DNA from: an uncultured Spirochaetia bacterium
GTDB taxonomy: Bacteria; Desulfobacterota_D; UBA1144; Nemesobacterales; JADFKM01
Assembly (NCBI GenBank): GCA_964639895.1
Contig: CAZXEJ010000005.1
Coordinates: 734 to 64,733 of the forward strand
Length of the DNA: 64,000 bases
Reading direction: 5' to 3'
A model generated the notes under the pieces. The model did not search any database. It was not told the DNA's origin and saw only the letters and a list, made by a program, of their open reading frames with translations. The translations under genes and the position numbers were made by a program. Every line of letters begins with the position of its first letter. The stretch's first letter is position 1. Positions 61,784 through 64,000 of this stretch are shown piece after piece.

Positions 61784-63073
61784 ATGTATAACGCATACGT
61801 GCTCATCCTCTCGCTCGTCTTTGCGGCATCCCTGCTGCCTCCCCCAGCCGCGGCCGCGTCGGCCGAAGAAGGCCCGGAGCTCAACGCCCTCTACGCCGAG
61901 GCCTACGAGATCAGTGACGCACGCACGTTCCTCGAATCCACCATCAAGGGGGTCGAGGAGGGAAGCCTGTTGCTGATCGACACGGGGCGGAACAAGCTGG
62001 ACTTCGTGGTAGTACCGGTGGAGATAGTCATCCGCACCTTGGCCACAAAGGTCAAGGCCGGCAGACTGAGCGAGAAGGAAGCGGCGAAGATCGTAAGCCG
62101 TTACAAGGAACAATCCCTCAAGAAGGTCTCCAGACTGAGGTCACTGCACAGAGACCTCGATCGCAGGCTCAAGGAGACGCGGAAGAAGATAGCCTCTCTC
62201 AAGAAGAAGCTCAAGAAAGAGGCCAAGAGCACACACGCAAAGACGATCTCACGCCGGGAACCCACGAAGATGGCAAAAGAGGGGGGGCATGAGCAGGACA
62301 TCAACGCCGAGGCCGCAACGGCCGAGAAAGGATCTCAGACGCCGGAAGGGAAGGGTGACCAGATACCGGAGCCCCGCTACCCCGGCATACCGGTCGACCA
62401 TCCGCCCGCAGCACGCATGCCCCGGGGTGAACTACCCCCTGGCACGCTCACCGAGACAAGCCTGCCCGCCACACCACCCCTCCGTAGCGAACCGCCGGGA
62501 AGTGAACCCACCCCGGAGGCAAGTCCCGCCGCCAATCCCTTCTCCATAACGGGCGGCTCGCTTGAGGTGTTGTCCGAGGCCACGCCGTCCACGCCAGCAA
62601 CCGAGCCCGAAACGACATCTGCGGAAGAGCCCGCCGCCGCTCCGTCCCCACAGGGGGTGGAAGAGAAAGCCGGTCCCGGGGAAAGCACCCTTCCGGAGCG
62701 ACCCGAACCACCGTCGAAGCAGAAGAAGGCCGTCGAAGCCGCCTCGGCCGAAGGCACCGGCCAAGCCGAGGAAGATTCCCTAGGCTCCAAATGGGTGGTA
62801 CGCATAGGGGAAACGACGGCCCGTTGGGTGCGCCGGCCGGGCACGGACGTTTTCGACGGCGTCTGGATAGGTTCCGGCGGCATCGTACGGGCCGCAATCG
62901 AGGTCAAAGTGGACGAGGAAGGGCGGGTGAGCGCCACGGGCCCCCTTGAGGACGAGTCCGTTCAATGCACATACAGCGGCATGGTATCCGAGAACGGCGT
63001 AAGTGCAAGCGGCACGGTACGCTGTCCCGATGTGGAGGCCGAAGCCCCCTGGAAGGCGATAATCCTAAGATAG
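61784..63073 (+). CDS. hypothetical secreted protein with basic coiled coil, P/E/T/S-rich linker and Cys-containing C-terminal domain
   Basis: The signal peptide is MYNAYVLILSLVFAASLLPPPAAAASA. The K-rich segment is KKIASLKKKLKKEAK. The low-complexity linker is about 150 aa. No family was recognised. Confidence 0.6.
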   Translation: MYNAYVLILSLVFAASLLPPPAAAASAEEGPELNALYAEAYEISDARTFLESTIKGVEEGSLLLIDTGRNKLDFVVVPVEIVIRTLATKVKAGRLSEKEAAKIVSRYKEQSLKKVSRLRSLHRDLDRRLKETRKKIASLKKKLKKEAKSTHAKTISRREPTKMAKEGGHEQDINAEAATAEKGSQTPEGKGDQIPEPRYPGIPVDHPPAARMPRGELPPGTLTETSLPATPPLRSEPPGSEPTPEASPAANPFSITGGSLEVLSEATPSTPATEPETTSAEEPAAAPSPQGVEEKAGPGESTLPERPEPPSKQKKAVEAASAEGTGQAEEDSLGSKWVVRIGETTARWVRRPGTDVFDGVWIGSGGIVRAAIEVKVDEEGRVSATGPLEDESVQCTYSGMVSENGVSASGTVRCPDVEAEAPWKAIILR

Positions 63074-64000
63074 GTCCTCTTGCTGGACCAGCCCCTGGCG
63101 ACGTGACGTCAAACCGTATGGCCAAAACAATCCGCCCTCCGCTGCTTCGGGCAGGAAGCACCCACACTCCTCAAGGAACAAAACCACACGTGTCAGAGAT
63201 CCGGCGAATGTGCGCCGCACTGATTGAAGGAAAACAGGAGCCCCCCGTCGGCCCTTGAGAAGCCCTGACACCCAACCACACGCGTACAGCCGAGCGGAAG
63301 AGCCAAGTAATCGAGACGTAGATGCAAACAAAAGCGGAAGCAGCCCGCCCGGACCCACCGTGCCCGTCAGACGGTGCAACGAATCCCTAGCCTCGTCCCG
63401 AGGCTCGAGGCGCGGCGCGCACCTCCCCGCAGCTCGAGCTGAGCCAAGCCGTCTTGCATACTGCCTCAGAGGAAAGGGCAGCTCCCGAGCCTAGCCACAT
63501 CCACCCCGCAGCCTCGGCGGCATGTTGGAAGGTGCGCTACGGCGTACTTGCTATTGCAATTGCGACGAAGGGACGCGAGCGGGATTGCACCCTACCGTCG
63601 GTATCCAACCTCCAGCCGCGACACAGTCGTGAGAACCCTCCAGGAACTTCGTTTTCCGTCGGTTCGAGAACGGGGCGCGGCAGGTCCTGCCGGGCACGGA
63701 GAGCACACCCCCCTCTTCTCCGCACGCCGCCCCGCGGGATAGGGAGGATCTCGCTTTCAAAGTACAGGTTTAAGGCATCAGCCGGGCTCAAGACCCTGTA
63801 CCTAGTACCTCACTCCTCACTAGACATCCGCCACATCTCCACATCTATCGGAACGAATCCGCATCGGCGAGAACGGGCTTCCGGTGGGCGAGGGGGCATT
63901 ACCTAGTGAAAAAGGCAACCGTGATGCAGGTGTCGGGGCCCCAGCACACACCTTTCATTGACCATCGTGGTACACCGTTACCCGCGGGACGGCCGGTCCC

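Overview
High-GC bacterial chromosomal segment. Most genes have GGAGG-type Shine-Dalgarno sites. I call about 51 protein-coding genes. I saw no rRNA, tRNA, CRISPR array, integrase or transposase. All functional calls come from motif recognition by eye; no database search was possible.

Positions 1-55 kb are mostly housekeeping: methylmalonyl-CoA mutase/MeaB; sbcC-cvpA; a polyprenyl synthase; rimI; fbp facing a gap-pgk-fba (class I) operon; argC; cysE plus cysteine desulfurase; a UbiA-family enzyme converging on a TPR/GT-C (TMTC-like) membrane protein; a compact coenzyme F420 operon (cofD-cofE-cofG-cofH plus an FrhB/FpoF-like Fe-S flavoprotein); leuCD; two SDRs; a 2Fe-2S ferredoxin; GAF-ptsP; Rrf2-sufBCD; comM; a methyltransferase; a stand-alone baeRF (eRF1-like) gene; a large GT-C-like membrane protein; AhpD-like/cytochrome P460/DoxX; and adenine deaminase.

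Positions 55.6-63 kb form a visibly lower-GC island of uncharacterised genes. It has near-consensus sigma70 promoters, an orphan promoter firing antisense into a neighbouring gene, and a Mu-like Gam-like + Mor-like pair. This island is my best candidate for something undescribed. The ferredoxin-type F420 module and the baeRF gene come next.

Coding density is low: my calls cover roughly three quarters of the window. The shortfall comes mainly from eight GC-rich gene-free spacers of 0.6-1.1 kb. Several genes look leaderless, with an extended -10 element 5-7 nt before the ATG.
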